Under the pieces are notes generated by a model, which saw only the letters and a list, made by a program, of their open reading frames with translations, was not told where the DNA came from and made no database searches. From the NCBI GenBank assembly GCA_027068675.1, contig JAMOMH010000067.1:1-37254 (forward strand): 37,254 bases of DNA, read 5' to 3'. Positions 13,775 to 25,305 of the stretch are shown piece by piece (position 1 is the first letter of the stretch; every line of letters begins with the position of its first letter). The DNA is from Sedimenticola sp. Its GTDB lineage: Bacteria > Pseudomonadota > Gammaproteobacteria > Chromatiales > Chromatiaceae. Position numbers and translations under genes: made by a program.

Positions 13775-16293
13775 CGTCTCGGTTTCACCCTAGCCGTTGG
13801 CACAGCCGACCACGGATCATCTGGCCAATAGTGTTTTGGATAACGTCCCTTCAACTCTTTTTTGACTTCAGGGTAGGTTCGCTGCCAAAAGCCTTTCAGA
13901 TCTTGCGTCACCTGTATGGGCCGCTGTGCAGGTGATAACAGGTGTAACATCACCACCACCTCACCATTGCAAATTGTTGGGGTATCAGCCAAACCAAACA
14001 TCTCTTGCAGGCGCACCGCCAGTATTGGTGTTTCCCCTTTGTCGGTATAGCTTAACCGTCGTCGGCTACCACTTGGCATCGCTAGGTGAGTCGGGGCCAA
14101 TTGATCAACCTGTTTACACATCGCCCAATCAAGCATGCTTTTGAGGATGTTTAGTAGGTTGAGTCGTTTTAGGTGATCACGTCGACTTATACCACTCAAA
14201 TAGGGAGCCAACCACTGATCAAGATGGGCACTTAACCAAGCATCCGAGAGATCAGGCCAAGCCACTTCTGGCTGCCATTTTTTCAGACTCAACAGCCGAT
14301 GTTGCCAATCACGGCTTGCATCACACCAAGGTAGCGACCCTAACCCCATTTGCTCAATGCCAACCAACATAGCCGCACCCACCGCCGCCAAGTCTGGCTC
14401 AGTGAGCCGACAACTGGTGAGCACAATAGCCCCAAGTCGATCTCCTGACATGGCCACCACACTCGCACTACTCTTATCCCACGCAATATTGAATGACTGT
14501 TTGATCTGCTCAGGAATCACTTGGTACAGTGTTGACTCATCCACTTCAGCAGCTAAAAAAACACGCCCCTCAGAGTGACCCGCATCAAGATTAGCAACGA
14601 CCAAATAGGGGCTGCTATTGAGTGGATCATCCTCCATTAGTCGCACCCCACGTCCACCAGAGAGCAGATAGCTACAGTGCTGATTGGAGCGACACTGGGC
14701 AATGCGGTCTGGGTAGGCCTGTGCCAACAGCGCACCAGCCGACCAGGTCTGGCCCGGTGGTTTTGCTTTGCTATCCAGCATGCGTAACCACTGTGAACTG
14801 ATACGGTCAATTTGCCGACAGAGAACAGCATCTGCACCGGCAGATCGTGCCACTTCATCTCCCTTATCTCGCCACAGATTGAGTAACATGAGGCGTAACT
14901 CAATATCCGTTGTCCGATGACATGAGAAGTCTCGCTTGAGCAGATCACGTTCACTGACAATCGCTGCCAGATCACAGGCCAATTTAGCCACCCCCACACC
15001 CGCAGCAAACAGCAACATGTGAGCCAATCTGGGATGCAATGGTAGTGCCGTCATCAAACGACCTGCAGCCGTCACCCGCCCCTGTGAATCAAGTGCAACC
15101 AACGCCTGTAATAGATCAACCGCCTGATCAAATGCACCATTAGGGGGAGGATCCAACCAGCTCAGTTGGGTAGGATCACTCACCCCCCAACTAGCCAGTT
15201 CAAGCACCAAGGGGGCGAGATCAGCATCCAAAATTTCTGCCGGCTGCTGCGCCAACAGCCGGTTATTGGTTGTCTCATTCCAGAGCCGATAACAGACCCC
15301 TGGGGCCAACCGCCCTGCTCGGCCTGCACGCTGATCAGCAGAGGCGCGTGATACCCGCACCGTCTCTAGACGAGTTAGACCACTATTGGGATAGAAACGG
15401 GGCCGCCGAGACCACCCACCATCAACCACAGTATGGATACCCTCAATGGTTAAGCTTGTCTCAGCAATAGAGGTGGCCAATACCACACGGCGACGCCCCC
15501 TCCTATCTGGCAGCAGTGCCATCTCCTGCATCTGCCGGCTAAGGCCACCATACAACGGGGCTAATATGATATTTTCACAGCATGTCAACTGTTGTAGTTG
15601 AGCCAAAGTTCGTTTGATCTCACCAACACCTGGTAGAAAAAGTAGGATGTCACTCTGCTGCTCTTGCAGCGCCAACTTCACCCCTCTCACCGCCTGTTGA
15701 ACCCCATTCTGCTCTTGCTGTTGAGCCACATATTGGATCTCAACAGGGTAACTACGCCCTGCCCCTTCAATCGTGGGGCAGCCACCCAGCAGGGTAGCCA
15801 GCCGTTGACAATCCATCGTAGCAGACATCAACAGCAGCTTTAGGTCATCTCGCAGCCCCTGTTGAATATCAAGACAGAGCGCCAACCCAAGATCCGCTTG
15901 CAGACTCCGTTCGTGGAACTCATCAAAGATCACCAGCCCCACATCATCCAGCTCAGGATCATGCTGTAGACGGCGAGTTAATATCCCCTCCGTCACCACC
16001 TCAATCCGTGTGCGGGGTGAGACTTTACTCTCCAACCTAACCCGATAACCCACCCGCTCCCCCACTGATTCTCCCAGTAGTTTAGCCATCCATTGAGCCG
16101 TTGCTTTTGCCGCCAAACGACGCGGTTGCAACATGATGATATTCAGGCCACCAAGCCATGTTTGTTCCATCAATCGCAACGGGGCGATGGTTGTTTTACC
16201 CGAGCCAGGGGGTGCGGAGAGGATAGCCGAAGGGTGATCCGCCAGTGCTTGGCAGAGTTCAGGCAGGAGACTTTCAATAGGGAGTTCAGACAT
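13771..16293 (-). CDS. hrpB: ATP-dependent RNA helicase HrpB (DEAH-box)
   Basis: 840 aa. Walker A GSGKTT, DEFHER box, helicase C and HA2 regions, and an HrpB-type C-terminal domain. Confidence 0.9.
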   Translation of the reverse strand: MSELPIESLLPELCQALADHPSAILSAPPGSGKTTIAPLRLMEQTWLGGLNIIMLQPRRLAAKATAQWMAKLLGESVGERVGYRVRLESKVSPRTRIEVVTEGILTRRLQHDPELDDVGLVIFDEFHERSLQADLGLALCLDIQQGLRDDLKLLLMSATMDCQRLATLLGGCPTIEGAGRSYPVEIQYVAQQQEQNGVQQAVRGVKLALQEQQSDILLFLPGVGEIKRTLAQLQQLTCCENIILAPLYGGLSRQMQEMALLPDRRGRRRVVLATSIAETSLTIEGIHTVVDGGWSRRPRFYPNSGLTRLETVRVSRASADQRAGRAGRLAPGVCYRLWNETTNNRLLAQQPAEILDADLAPLVLELASWGVSDPTQLSWLDPPPNGAFDQAVDLLQALVALDSQGRVTAAGRLMTALPLHPRLAHMLLFAAGVGVAKLACDLAAIVSERDLLKRDFSCHRTTDIELRLMLLNLWRDKGDEVARSAGADAVLCRQIDRISSQWLRMLDSKAKPPGQTWSAGALLAQAYPDRIAQCRSNQHCSYLLSGGRGVRLMEDDPLNSSPYLVVANLDAGHSEGRVFLAAEVDESTLYQVIPEQIKQSFNIAWDKSSASVVAMSGDRLGAIVLTSCRLTEPDLAAVGAAMLVGIEQMGLGSLPWCDASRDWQHRLLSLKKWQPEVAWPDLSDAWLSAHLDQWLAPYLSGISRRDHLKRLNLLNILKSMLDWAMCKQVDQLAPTHLAMPSGSRRRLSYTDKGETPILAVRLQEMFGLADTPTICNGEVVVMLHLLSPAQRPIQVTQDLKGFWQRTYPEVKKELKGRYPKHYWPDDPWSAVPTARVKPRR

Positions 16294-16405
16294 GGTGCAG
16301 ATGATAGCAGGGTCATGCCCATCACCAAGTACCTATCATTAACGCCCCTTTGCATCTCTCCTGTGGAGGCGAGAGAGATCTTACAGATTGCCAGACAAAG
16401 CTAAA

Positions 16406-17200
16406 TCAAAAGTCCTCATCCAGCTCATCTTCAAAATCTTCATCCATCATCAGCTCTTCTTCATCTGACATTGGTGGATCACCATCATAGACTAAGCTTA
16501 TACGCTGCTGTAGGTAGGCGTCTCGTATAAAAGCGTAGGGGTCTATTGCAGCCTCGTTGATCAGCGCTACCGCTTCGAGCAGATCTGCACGTCTATCAAT
16601 GTAATAGACTGAGGTAGCAACAGCAGATTCGGCGGCCGTCAAGTTGGCAAGCGTCAGTGGATTCATCATCACATCAGCCAGCAGGCCCACCGTATCTCGA
16701 ACACTACTAGGCCCCAAAAAAGGCAACACAAAATATGGCCCTGAACCGACGCCCCAGTAACCCAAAGTCTGGCCAAAATCCTCTTTGTAGCTCGGCAAGT
16801 TTAGATCACTCGCAATATCAAAAAAACCAAACAGGCCGATTGTACTATTGATCATCACTCGTACAACATCAGAAACAGCTCGGTCAATTTTGAGCTGAAA
16901 TAGGTTATTCACTGCCGAATTTACATCTAACAGATTACCAAAGAAATTGCTGACACCATGATCAACAACATCAGGCGTAACTACCTGATACGCTTCGGCA
17001 AGTGGAATAGCAACATATTGGTCAACCCCCTCATTAAAACCATCAACTGAGCGGTTGTAGGATTCCCAAGGGTCACCTGCCACTTCGCTATCGGAGGGAA
17101 TTGAGGCACAGCCTGTTAACAACAGGAGCATGCAGATAAGCAGTAGCTTTGTCGTTTTAATTATCTGCTCTAATCTCTCTGCGTACAAAAAATCACTCAT
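16406..17200 (-). CDS. mlaA: MlaA/VacJ family outer-membrane lipoprotein
   Basis: Lipobox LLTGC. DPWESYNRSVDGFNEGVD and the following region match the MlaA/VacJ family. Acidic C-terminal tail. Confidence 0.85.
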   Translation of the reverse strand: MSDFLYAERLEQIIKTTKLLLICMLLLLTGCASIPSDSEVAGDPWESYNRSVDGFNEGVDQYVAIPLAEAYQVVTPDVVDHGVSNFFGNLLDVNSAVNNLFQLKIDRAVSDVVRVMINSTIGLFGFFDIASDLNLPSYKEDFGQTLGYWGVGSGPYFVLPFLGPSSVRDTVGLLADVMMNPLTLANLTAAESAVATSVYYIDRRADLLEAVALINEAAIDPYAFIRDAYLQQRISLVYDGDPPMSDEEELMMDEDFEDELDEDF

Positions 17201-17243
17201 AAGTCATCTGGTGAAAATCGCCATTGTCCGATATGCTTCGCCG

Positions 17244-17879
17244 ATGAATGATTATGCATACAACCCACTTATTGCACAACGGTTTCGCGGCTTCCTCCCT
17301 GTCATTATTGATGTTGAGACAGGTGGCTTTGATGCCAAAAGCGATGCTCTACTTGAAATTGCCATCGTGACACTGCGTATGGGTGATGAGGGAGAGCTCG
17401 AACTCGCTGAACAATACGCCTCTCATGTGACACCTTTTGAAGGTGCCAACCTTGACCCTAAAGCACTGGCCTTTAATGGCATCGATCCCGACCACCCCTT
17501 TAGAGGCGCACTAAGTGAAAAGGATGCACTGAAAAAAGTCCTCACTCCTGTGCGCCACGCAGTTAAAGAGAGTGGCTGTAACCGTGCTATTTTGGTGGGA
17601 CACAACGCCTTTTTTGATCTTGCTTTTCTTAATGCTGCCGTTGAGCGCACTCGCTTTAAACGCAACCCATTCCACCCATTTAGCACCTTCGATACAGTAT
17701 CTCTATCGGGGCTAGTCTATGGACAGACGGTGCTGGCAAAAGCAGCTCAATGTGCAGAGATCGAGTGGGATAATCGCCAAGCACACTCTGCAATTTATGA
17801 TGCAGAGAAGACGGCTGAGCTATTTTGCAAGATTGTAAATAGCTGGCCCTTTGCTTTAAAGGCCAGTGGAGAAGAGTAG
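17244..17879 (+). CDS. rnt: Ribonuclease T
   Basis: MNDYAYNPLIAQRFRGFLPVIIDVETGGF... is collinear with E. coli RNase T (DEDD exonuclease motifs, HSAIYDAEKTAELFC). The track start 17130 would overlap mlaA by 71 nt and adds non-homologous residues, so ATG 17244 is preferred. Confidence 0.9.
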   Translation: MNDYAYNPLIAQRFRGFLPVIIDVETGGFDAKSDALLEIAIVTLRMGDEGELELAEQYASHVTPFEGANLDPKALAFNGIDPDHPFRGALSEKDALKKVLTPVRHAVKESGCNRAILVGHNAFFDLAFLNAAVERTRFKRNPFHPFSTFDTVSLSGLVYGQTVLAKAAQCAEIEWDNRQAHSAIYDAEKTAELFCKIVNSWPFALKASGEE

Positions 17880-17887
17880 AAAATAAG

Positions 17888-17924
17888 GCAGGAGCGGTGA
17901 AATACTGCACCGCTCCTGCTTTTT
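17888..17924. terminator. Bidirectional Rho-independent terminator (rnt and the convergent small gene)
   Basis: 12-bp GC-rich stem GCAGGAGCGGTG / CACCGCTCCTGC with an 8-nt loop, followed by TTTTT on the + strand. An A-rich run precedes it, giving T-rich sequence on the - strand. Confidence 0.8.
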
Positions 17925-17944
17925 GTACAGTCTAGCTAAACAGT

Positions 17945-18214
17945 CTACTCTGTGATCTGTTTATAGGCTTCTTTACTATCTGTCTTAATACCATTCCAGA
18001 TATTACCACTCATCTCAGCACCACTATCTGCAGCTTTTTTAGCACCCTCTTTGGTGCTCTCCCACACTTCAGAAGCCCCCTCTTTGGTACCTTGCCACAC
18101 CTCTTTACTACCACTCTTAACCTTATCCCACGATTTGCCAAGATCACTATCAGCAGCCTGAAGCGAGCAAGTAGAGAGCAATATGATGCAGAAAAATAGT
18201 CGTTTAGCCATCAA
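17945..18214 (-). CDS. Small secreted protein with internal KEGA-x-EVW repeats (hypothetical)
   Basis: Signal peptide MMAKRLFFCIILLSTCSLQA. The mature part contains the repeats SGSKEVWQG / TKEGASEVWES / TKEGAKKAADS. Its ATG is separated from the grxD stop codon by only 3 nt. Confidence 0.6.
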   Translation of the reverse strand: MMAKRLFFCIILLSTCSLQAADSDLGKSWDKVKSGSKEVWQGTKEGASEVWESTKEGAKKAADSGAEMSGNIWNGIKTDSKEAYKQITE

Positions 18215-18217
18215 AAA

Positions 18218-18535
18218 TTAAGCCTGTGCCGCAGCGTTAATCATCTCTTTCAACTCGCCATTCCCATGCAATTCCATAAGGATATCGCATCCACCAATTA
18301 GCTCACCATTGATGTAGAGCTGTGGAAAGGTGTGCCAATCGGCATATTTAGGTAGGTTTTCATAGACTTCAATATCAGAGAAGACATCAAAAAACTCAGC
18401 ATCTTTGCAGACATCATAAAGCGCAGCAGAGGCGCGTGAAGAGTAACCACATTGAGGAAACATACGCGTGCCCTTCATAAATAGAACAACTTGGTTTCCC
18501 TCAACAATCTGAGCAATACGCTGTAATACATCCAT
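18218..18535 (-). CDS. grxD: Monothiol glutaredoxin (Grx4 family)
   Basis: Collinear with Grx4 (VVLFMKGT...PQCGYS...WPTFPQLYINGELIGGCDI). The active site is CGYS rather than the usual CGFS. Confidence 0.9.
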   Translation of the reverse strand: MDVLQRIAQIVEGNQVVLFMKGTRMFPQCGYSSRASAALYDVCKDAEFFDVFSDIEVYENLPKYADWHTFPQLYINGELIGGCDILMELHGNGELKEMINAAAQA

Positions 18536-18600
18536 TAAAACACCTCAATAAAAAATAGTAATAGTTGACCGATATTGTCACATATTCTGCCCCACATAAA

Positions 18601-18629
18601 ACCTACCGTTTTAATGGTAAGGTTTTTTT
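18601..18629 (-). terminator. Probable intrinsic terminator downstream of the amidotransferase gene
   Basis: Imperfect hairpin ACCTACC / GGTAAGGT flanked by A- and T-runs. Read on the - strand, the stem is followed by TTTTAT. Weak. Confidence 0.35.
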
Positions 18630-18654
18630 GGGACATTTTTAGGAATAAAAGTTA

Positions 18655-18731
18655 TTTAGGCCGTCTGAATTTTAGCTGGGCTTTAGCGAACCTTATACTT
18701 TAGTGCAACCAGATTTATTCAGGCTCTTTAA
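18655..18731. mobile_element. MITE-like repeat, copy C (half element)
   Basis: About 85 percent identical to the right half of copy B (aattttagctgGgctttagcgaaccttatActttagtGcaaccagaTtt). It ends ...CTCTT + TAA (18729-18731). The amidotransferase stop codon (18728-18730) straddles this junction. Confidence 0.8.
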
Positions 18732-20509
18732 ACTGCATCCACTTGGCGCTGCAACCAAAACTCTAGTAGCGCCAGGTGCCACAACTTGCTCCCTTTAAGG
18801 CGAGTATGGTGCATCTCTGGTGCTGAAAGCAGCATGTCGATATAAGCAGGCTGGTAGATACCACGCTGACGACAAGCATCGGAGGTGACAATATCACGCA
18901 TAAACGCCAGAAAATCACCCCGCACATACTTCAATGCTGGCATCGGGAAATAGGCTTTTGGACGGTCAATCACTGAGTCAGGCACAATACCGCGTGAGAT
19001 CTCCTTCAGCAGATATTTACCATCCCCTTTCAGTTTTATCTCTGGCGGACAACGAGCAGCCAGTTCAACCAGCTCATGATCAAGAAAGGGGACTCGTGCT
19101 TCTAAACCCCACGCCATGGTCATATTGTCGACTCGTTTCACAGGGTCATCGGTAATCAGAGTGGTGACATCCATACGCAAAACAGCATCAAGAAAGGTAT
19201 CGGCATAGGGCTCAGACAAGAGCTGACCAATCAGTTTTGAGGTATGATCCCCACTGGTAAATGCCGGCTGAATCATCCGTTGAAATTCACTATGGTCACG
19301 ATCAAAATAGTGACGAGCAAATCGCTCTGTAGGTGTGCCTTTGTTATCGGCCATCATGCGTGAATACCAGAAATACCCACCAAACACCTCATCAGCCCCC
19401 TGCCCCGACTGCACCACTTTGACCTCTTTTGAGACCTGCTCTGAAAGCAGATAAAAGGCGACGGCATCCTGACCAAACATCGGCTCCGCCATCGCATCAA
19501 CCGCCTCAGGTAGACGTTTTAGCACCTCACTGTTGGGTACTAGAAATTTATGGTGGCGGGTATTGTAGCGTTTGGCGACCTGATCAGAGAATTCAAATTC
19601 ATTGCCACACTCCTCCTGTGCATCTTCAAAACCAACCGAAAATGTACGCAGATCTGAGAGACCCGCCTCAGCCAGTAGCGCCACCAGTAGACTTGAGTCA
19701 AGACCACCAGAGAGCAGCACACCAACCGGCACATCAGCCACATCATTACGTTTAGCAACTGCCTTACGCAGTGACTCATGCACAGCATCAATCCACTCTC
19801 GATCAGAGAGTGGATCATCAAACCGTGTGGCTGGAAAGCTCCAATACCGTTTTTGCTCACCAACCCTCTGCTGATCAATCGTCATCGTGTGGCCAGGGGA
19901 GAGTTTACGAATACCTTGCAAAATCGTTCGTGGGGCGGGGATTACGGCATGCAGGGTGAATTGATGATGCAGTGCAATGGGGTCGATACTTTTGTCGATA
20001 CCGCCACCCGCCAACAGCGCCTGCATATTGGAGGCAAAACGGATGCGCTGATCATCCAACGAGTAGTAGAGTGGTTTAATACCCAGGCGATCACGGGCGA
20101 GAAAGAGGCTCTTTTTCCGCTCATCCCAGATGGCGAAGGCAAACATACCATGCAGCCGCTCAACACACTTCTCACCCCAGGCGTGCCACGCTTTGAGAAT
20201 CACCTCACTATCGCCATGCGAGAAGAAGTGATACCCCAAACCTTGTAGCTCGCTACGTAGCTCCTTGTAGTTGTAAATGGCACCATTGAAGACCAGTACC
20301 AGACGCAGCTCTTGATCAACCATCGGCTGGTTGGCATGTTCTGATAGATCGATCACTGAGAGTCGGCGGTGGCCAAAACCGAGCGCACCATCGGAGAATA
20401 ACCCCTCATGGTCTGGCCCGCGCGGCTCAAGTTTTTTGGTCATCGCCTGAATGGCAGCCATATCGGCTGAATGGCCATCCAATCTCAACTCACCACACAA
20501 TCCACACAC
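18728..20509 (-). CDS. Glutamine-hydrolysing asparagine synthase family amidotransferase (AsnO / N-acetylglutaminylglutamine amidotransferase-like)
   Basis: Class-II glutaminase N-terminus (CGLCGELRLDG) and asparagine-synthase PP-loop (VLLSGGLDSS). The start is placed at GTG 20509 so that Cys is residue 2, as the Ntn mechanism requires. GGGAG lies 8 nt upstream of it. The track start, GTG 20518, is 9 nt upstream of GTG 20509 and overlaps that GGGAG by one base. Confidence 0.85.
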   Translation of the reverse strand: MCGLCGELRLDGHSADMAAIQAMTKKLEPRGPDHEGLFSDGALGFGHRRLSVIDLSEHANQPMVDQELRLVLVFNGAIYNYKELRSELQGLGYHFFSHGDSEVILKAWHAWGEKCVERLHGMFAFAIWDERKKSLFLARDRLGIKPLYYSLDDQRIRFASNMQALLAGGGIDKSIDPIALHHQFTLHAVIPAPRTILQGIRKLSPGHTMTIDQQRVGEQKRYWSFPATRFDDPLSDREWIDAVHESLRKAVAKRNDVADVPVGVLLSGGLDSSLLVALLAEAGLSDLRTFSVGFEDAQEECGNEFEFSDQVAKRYNTRHHKFLVPNSEVLKRLPEAVDAMAEPMFGQDAVAFYLLSEQVSKEVKVVQSGQGADEVFGGYFWYSRMMADNKGTPTERFARHYFDRDHSEFQRMIQPAFTSGDHTSKLIGQLLSEPYADTFLDAVLRMDVTTLITDDPVKRVDNMTMAWGLEARVPFLDHELVELAARCPPEIKLKGDGKYLLKEISRGIVPDSVIDRPKAYFPMPALKYVRGDFLAFMRDIVTSDACRQRGIYQPAYIDMLLSAPEMHHTRLKGSKLWHLALLEFWLQRQVDAV

Positions 20510-20602
20510 GTTAGTCACTCCCAGGTAATGCTTTGCGTTGTCGGTAGCGGCTCAGATTGTCGCTGAAATCTCCCCATCTAAACAGGGATAACTTCATCAA
20601 AA

Positions 20603-20932
20603 TTAAGCCTTGCTGATCATCTCATCAACCAACCGTTCACACTCCAACCAATCATCTACCGCATGTCCAGGCTCAAAATTACGCTTTTCAGAACGAAAGT
20701 AAGCCATTGTCGTGATCATCTCATAACGATCTTTATTACTGACTGAAGGAGCTGTTGTTTTAGCAATCATACTCTTCTTGGCAACTACCTTCTTTTTTAC
20801 CACTGTTTTTTTCTTAGCAGGAGCTTTTTTGATGGCCACTTTTTTCTTGGTTACTGCCTTCTTAGCTACAACCTTTTTTTTCGTCGCCGCCTTTTTTTTA
20901 CTGGGTGATTTAGTTACATTCATTGCAAGCAT
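20603..20932 (-). CDS. Lysine-rich (histone H1 / AlgP-like tail) + DUF2934 domain protein
   Basis: The N-terminal approx. 55 aa are K/A/V/T repeats (KKKAATKKKVVAKKAVTKKKVAIKKAPAKKK...). The C-terminal AYFRSEKRNFEPGHAVDDWLECE matches the DUF2934 signature as I recall it. Confidence 0.7.
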   Translation of the reverse strand: MLAMNVTKSPSKKKAATKKKVVAKKAVTKKKVAIKKAPAKKKTVVKKKVVAKKSMIAKTTAPSVSNKDRYEMITTMAYFRSEKRNFEPGHAVDDWLECERLVDEMISKA

Positions 20933-20971
20933 TCCTTCGTATGGAGAGAGTATTGGGAATTATAATCAGTG

Positions 20972-21010
20972 TACAAAAAAACAATCCCCAACACCCATAG
21001 GGTATTGGGG
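20972..21010 (-). terminator. Rho-independent terminator of ppsA
   Basis: 11-bp stem with 1 mismatch, CCCCAACACCC / GGGTATTGGGG (20986-21010), 3-nt loop. On the - strand it is followed by TTGTTTTTTTG. Confidence 0.75.
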
Positions 21011-21037
21011 ACTCATTTTGAAGCCTGTTATTTCTGC

Positions 21038-23404
21038 TTAGTCAGATTTTTGTCCAGCCATAAATAGCCAAGTATCGACCACAGTATCAGGGTTGAGTGA
21101 GACACTGGTGATATTCTGCTCCAGCAGCCATTTTGCCAGATCGGGGTGATCTGATGGGCCCTGCCCACAGATACCGACATATTTACCCTGTTTGTGACAA
21201 GCCTCGATCGCCATGCTGATCATCTTCTTCACAGCGGGGTCACGCTCATCAAAGCTTGATGCAATGAGGCTAGAGTCACGATCTAAACCGAGGGTGAGCT
21301 GGGTCATGTCGTTAGAACCGATTGAGAAACCATCAAAATATTCGAGGAACTCTTCAGCCAACACAGCATTGGAAGGCAGTTCACACATCATGATCAGACG
21401 CAAACCATCTTTACCGCGCTCCAGGCCATTTGCGGCCAGTGCTTCAGAGACTCCTTTAGCCTCTTCAAGGGTACGGACAAATGGAATCATGATCTCGACA
21501 TTGGTCAGCCCCATATCGTTACGCACGCGTTTCAGTGCTTCACACTCCATCTCAAAGCAAGGTCTGAAGCTTTCGGAGAGGTAACGTGCTGCACCACGAA
21601 AACCGATCATTGGGTTCTCTTCTTCTGGCTCGTAGCGAGTGCCCGCCACCAAGTTGGCATATTCGTTAGACTTAAAGTCTGACATACGCACAATCACGGG
21701 GTTGGGTGAGAAAGCGGCCGCTAGGGTAGAGACACCTTCGACAATTTTTTGGATGTAGAACTCACGAGGTGACTCGTAGGCTCGGATCTGAGGGCCAATC
21801 TCATCCTTCAGCTTTTGCGGCAGTCTATCGTACTCCAGCAGGGCTTGTGGGTGAATACCGATCATGTTGTTGATGATGAACTCCATACGGGCCAAACCGA
21901 TACCCGCATTAGGGGTGCTGGCAAAGCTGAAGGCGCGGTCGGGGTTGCCGACATTCATCATGATTTTTGTTGGGATCTCCGGCATGGTGTCGAGTTCGAT
22001 CTTGTCGTAAGAGAAGTCGAGCAGACCATCGTAGATAAAACCGGTATCACCCTCGGCACAGGAGACGGTAACCTGCTGGCCATTTTTGATCTTGCTGGTG
22101 GCATCGTTACAACCAACAACGGCGGGAACACCCAGTTCACGGGCGATGATCGCGGCGTGGCAGGTGCGGCCACCACGGTTGGTGACGATAGCTGAGGCGC
22201 GTTTCATGATCGGCTCCCAATCGGGGTCGGTCATATCAGTCACCAATACATCACCGGGTTTCACTTCATCCATCTGATCCAGGCTGTTGATCAGTTTGAC
22301 GGTGCCCGAGCCGATACGTGAGCCGATTGAGCGACCTTCCGTAACGATAGAGCCACTCTCTTTCATAGTGTAGCGTTCGATCACGTTGCCGGCTTGGCTC
22401 TGTACGGTCTCAGGGCGTGCCTGAACGATATAAATTTTGCCGTCGTTACCATCTTTGGCCCACTCGACATCCATTGGACGACCATAGTGCTTTTCGATGA
22501 TGACGGTCTGGCGAGCCAGCTCTTCTATCTCTTCATCAGAGATAGAGAAAACGCCCTGAATATCTTCAGGCACATCGATGGTTTTAACGGGGTTTTCGCC
22601 ACCTGGGTTGTAGATCATCTGGATCGCTTTATCACCGACATTACGGCGTAAAATCGCTGGACGACCGGCGGCCAATGTTGGTTTGTGTACGTAGAACTCG
22701 TCTGGGTTTACTGCACCCTGCACCACCATCTCTCCCAAACCGTAACTGGAAGTGATGAAAACCGCATCGCGAAAACCCGATTCAGTATCGAGTGAGAAGG
22801 CAACACCGGCAGCACCAATATCACTCCGTACCATTTTTTGGATACCTGCCGAGAGGGCAACTAAACGATGTTCAAAACCCTGGTGAACACGGTAGGAGAT
22901 GGCCCGATCGTTAAAGAGGGAGGCAAACACTTCGCGGATACGGTGCTTGATGCTCTCTAGACCTGAGACATTGAGAAAGGTCTCCTGCTGGCCGGCAAAG
23001 GAGGCATCGGGCAGATCTTCAGCAGTCGCAGAGGAGCGCACAGCCCAGGTAGTCTCTTCGCCATATTCCGCAACCAAACCGGCATAGGCTTCATTTAGCG
23101 CCTTGTCGAGTTCTGGCTGAAATGGCATCTCTTCGATCCAGGCGCGAATTTTGGCACCGGTCTCTTTTAGCTTTGCGATATCGTCCACATCGAGTGTATC
23201 AAGATTACTCTGGATGCGTTCACCCAGACCATCCTGCGCCATAAAGTCGCGGTAGGCTTCTGCTGTTGTTGCAAAACCACCCGGCACCTGAACATTTAGT
23301 TTTGTCAGATGCTGGATCATCTCACCCAATGAAGCATTCTTGCCACCAACGACTTCAACATCATTGATACCCAGTTCACTCAACGGTTGGACATAATTCG
23401 ACAT
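21038..23404 (-). CDS. ppsA: Phosphoenolpyruvate synthase
   Basis: Collinear with PpsA ([11 protein letters not shown], phospho-His region [18 protein letters not shown]-utilising C-terminal domain). ATG 23404 gives MSNYVQPL... with GGGGA 8 nt upstream. Track start 23419 is TTG. Confidence 0.93.
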   Translation of the reverse strand: MSNYVQPLSELGINDVEVVGGKNASLGEMIQHLTKLNVQVPGGFATTAEAYRDFMAQDGLGERIQSNLDTLDVDDIAKLKETGAKIRAWIEEMPFQPELDKALNEAYAGLVAEYGEETTWAVRSSATAEDLPDASFAGQQETFLNVSGLESIKHRIREVFASLFNDRAISYRVHQGFEHRLVALSAGIQKMVRSDIGAAGVAFSLDTESGFRDAVFITSSYGLGEMVVQGAVNPDEFYVHKPTLAAGRPAILRRNVGDKAIQMIYNPGGENPVKTIDVPEDIQGVFSISDEEIEELARQTVIIEKHYGRPMDVEWAKDGNDGKIYIVQARPETVQSQAGNVIERYTMKESGSIVTEGRSIGSRIGSGTVKLINSLDQMDEVKPGDVLVTDMTDPDWEPIMKRASAIVTNRGGRTCHAAIIARELGVPAVVGCNDATSKIKNGQQVTVSCAEGDTGFIYDGLLDFSYDKIELDTMPEIPTKIMMNVGNPDRAFSFASTPNAGIGLARMEFIINNMIGIHPQALLEYDRLPQKLKDEIGPQIRAYESPREFYIQKIVEGVSTLAAAFSPNPVIVRMSDFKSNEYANLVAGTRYEPEEENPMIGFRGAARYLSESFRPCFEMECEALKRVRNDMGLTNVEIMIPFVRTLEEAKGVSEALAANGLERGKDGLRLIMMCELPSNAVLAEEFLEYFDGFSIGSNDMTQLTLGLDRDSSLIASSFDERDPAVKKMISMAIEACHKQGKYVGICGQGPSDHPDLAKWLLEQNITSVSLNPDTVVDTWLFMAGQKSD

Positions 23405-23587
23405 GTAGCTGTTCCCCAAAATTCCAAAAGGCCATCGAAAATGGTAAAAATTTAGCCGTGCATTGTACTTATTAATTAGTATAAAAAAAACTAGGAGTTC
23501 CTATTCCACTGTTTTTTTTGTGCCCATTAATAATAACGGTACAGGTGAGCATTTTACTCAGCAAAACAATGTAGAACAGAGATAGCT

Positions 23588-25267
<1,680 letters not shown>

Positions 25268-25305
25268 TCAACCACACAGACCCATTTGAGGCGAGTGCTT
25301 CGCAG

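Noticed and set aside
13771-16293. hrpB appears more GC-rich than the rpf-like cluster (possible compositional heterogeneity or HGT)
   Set aside because: This rests on eyeballing a few 60-nt lines, which varied from 28 to 70 percent GC within single genes. It needs a sliding-window GC and codon-usage calculation before any claim.
17130-17243. N-terminal extension of the rnt ORF overlapping mlaA
   Set aside because: Homology to RNase T begins at ATG 17244. The extension overlaps the mlaA start by 71 nt and is hydrophobic nonsense.
19429-20248. Several 60-156-aa ORFs inside the amidotransferase gene, antisense or in alternative frames
   Set aside because: They are typical shadow ORFs inside or opposite a well-supported gene, with no domain signatures.
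20778-21041. 87-aa + strand ORF opposite the lysine-rich gene
   Set aside because: It is the complement of AAG/AAA repeats, which gives a Phe/Leu-rich artefact, and it runs through the ppsA terminator.
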